In this document: piece by piece, positions 63,386 to 64,000 of the stretch
Position numbering within the stretch: position 1 is the first letter of the stretch
How the letters are laid out: every line of letters begins with the position of its first letter
Assembly (NCBI GenBank): GCA_964538065.1
Contig: CAZIDG010000002.1
Coordinates: 25,229 to 89,228, forward strand
Origin: an uncultured Verrucomicrobiota bacterium
GTDB lineage: Bacteria > Verrucomicrobiota > Verrucomicrobiia > Limisphaerales > UBA1319
Reading direction: 5' to 3'
DNA length: 64,000 nucleotides
Notes under the pieces: model-generated
The model's input: the letters and a program-made list of their open reading frames with translations, nothing else
Database searches by the model: none
Told to the model about the DNA's origin: nothing
Program-made: the position numbers and the translations under genes

Positions 63386-64000
63386 TTATCGGGCGACAGC
63401 GTTGCTTCCGGATGGAACGTCTGACGCCGTGGCAGTAACAGGAGACGACACCCAGCCCTGCCACCGGTACGCATGCCATCCCATGACTTCATGCAAATAC
63501 AAGCTCAGCAAGTAGAAATTCTCCAGCCTCGGTACAGGATTGAACCACCGGGCCGTGGATGCAATCCCTTCCGCCTGAAAATCACAGGCCATGGGCACAA
63601 CCGGAAGTCCTGTCTTCTTGAAAACTGCCTCGGCACGCTTCATATGGTAGGCTGATGTCACTAAAATAATCCGCTGCCATTTCTGAGTTTTGCATAGATC
63701 CAACATCGCCTCGGCCTCATCGTGAGTATTGCGGCAGGGGCGCAGATGCAGGACTTGAGTGCTGGGAATGCCCCAGCCGGGGAAAAATCCCGAGAGAATG
63801 ACAGAAGGATTGATCGTCTGTCCCGAAATGTTGGCATGCCCCCCACTGAGGACAAGAGATTTGGGCTTTCTCAAGCGCGTAACCTCGATGCCAGTAAACA
63901 ATCGATCCGAGGCATCCCCGAAGTCCACCCCCAGATAATCGTGCTGTGAAGGGCGAAAACCGCCCCCCAGGACCAGCACGGCATCGCCCAAAGGCGCATC
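63386..64000 (-). CDS. DUF218 (YdcF/ElyC-like) protein; the 5' end probably lies beyond the window edge
   Basis: DAVLVLGGG ... SLVLSGG ... RIILVTSAYHMKRA pattern of DUF218. The reading frame stays open through base 64000, and the only in-window start is a TTG at 63991. Confidence 0.7.
   Translation of the reverse strand, partial: DAPLGDAVLVLGGGFRPSQHDYLGVDFGDASDRLFTGIEVTRLRKPKSLVLSGGHANISGQTINPSVILSGFFPGWGIPSTQVLHLRPCRNTHDEAEAMLDLCKTQKWQRIILVTSAYHMKRAEAVFKKTGLPVVPMACDFQAEGIASTARWFNPVPRLENFYLLSLYLHEVMGWHAYRWQGWVSSPVTATASDVPSGSNAVAR

Overview
This is a 64-kb chromosomal window with about 50 protein-coding genes and one tRNA-Pro(GGG). I recognised no rRNA, CRISPR array, IS element, integrase or phage gene. 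All calls rest on by-eye motif recognition in the supplied ORF translations and on reading the DNA; no database search was possible. The gene content suggests a PVC-group (Verrucomicrobiota-like) bacterium, which is inference only. That content includes a 2405-aa PA14/Ig/6xLTD/CotH surface protein, GH78, GH9-like and NPCBM-GH27 enzymes, a TAT-signal Gfo/Idh/MocA oxidoreductase, a complete MoxR-DUF58-DUF4381-BatABCDE operon, and many ATGA-coupled gene junctions. Housekeeping blocks are a malK-like ATPase-holB-O-antigen-ligase-like-aroQ-accB-accC-thiE-PfkB string, kpsF/gutQ-type isomerase, family-4 UDG, panB, hcp, and a ClC channel. The most interesting locus is a 1184-aa single-chain protein at 19006-22560. 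Its N-terminus looks like a CHAT/caspase-type His...Cys peptidase, followed by a STAND P-loop NTPase and seven 40-aa TPR-like units in exact 120-nt register. A serine alpha/beta-hydrolase gene abuts it translationally, and a 470-bp compositionally odd gap precedes it. This is an NLR-like conflict/defence architecture with no assigned function. Other items worth a second look: (1) a five-gene exported lipoprotein cassette at 55683-59539 (Gly-zipper, LpoB-like, unknown 396-aa lipoprotein, YcfL-like, Thr10-linker protein); (2) a secreted 594-aa protein built from three copies of an unnamed ~95-aa domain; (3) an Mla-like transporter operon running straight into a membrane PIN/TRAM protein, a 73-aa ORF, a GlcD-like oxidase and an EIIA(Ntr)-like protein; (4) a TTGAC-N4-GTCAA Crp/Fnr-type box in class-II geometry upstream of hcp, plus a cysteine-less Crp/Fnr regulator 23 kb away. 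Several start codons were moved inward from the longest ORF where motif alignment or gene junctions supported it.
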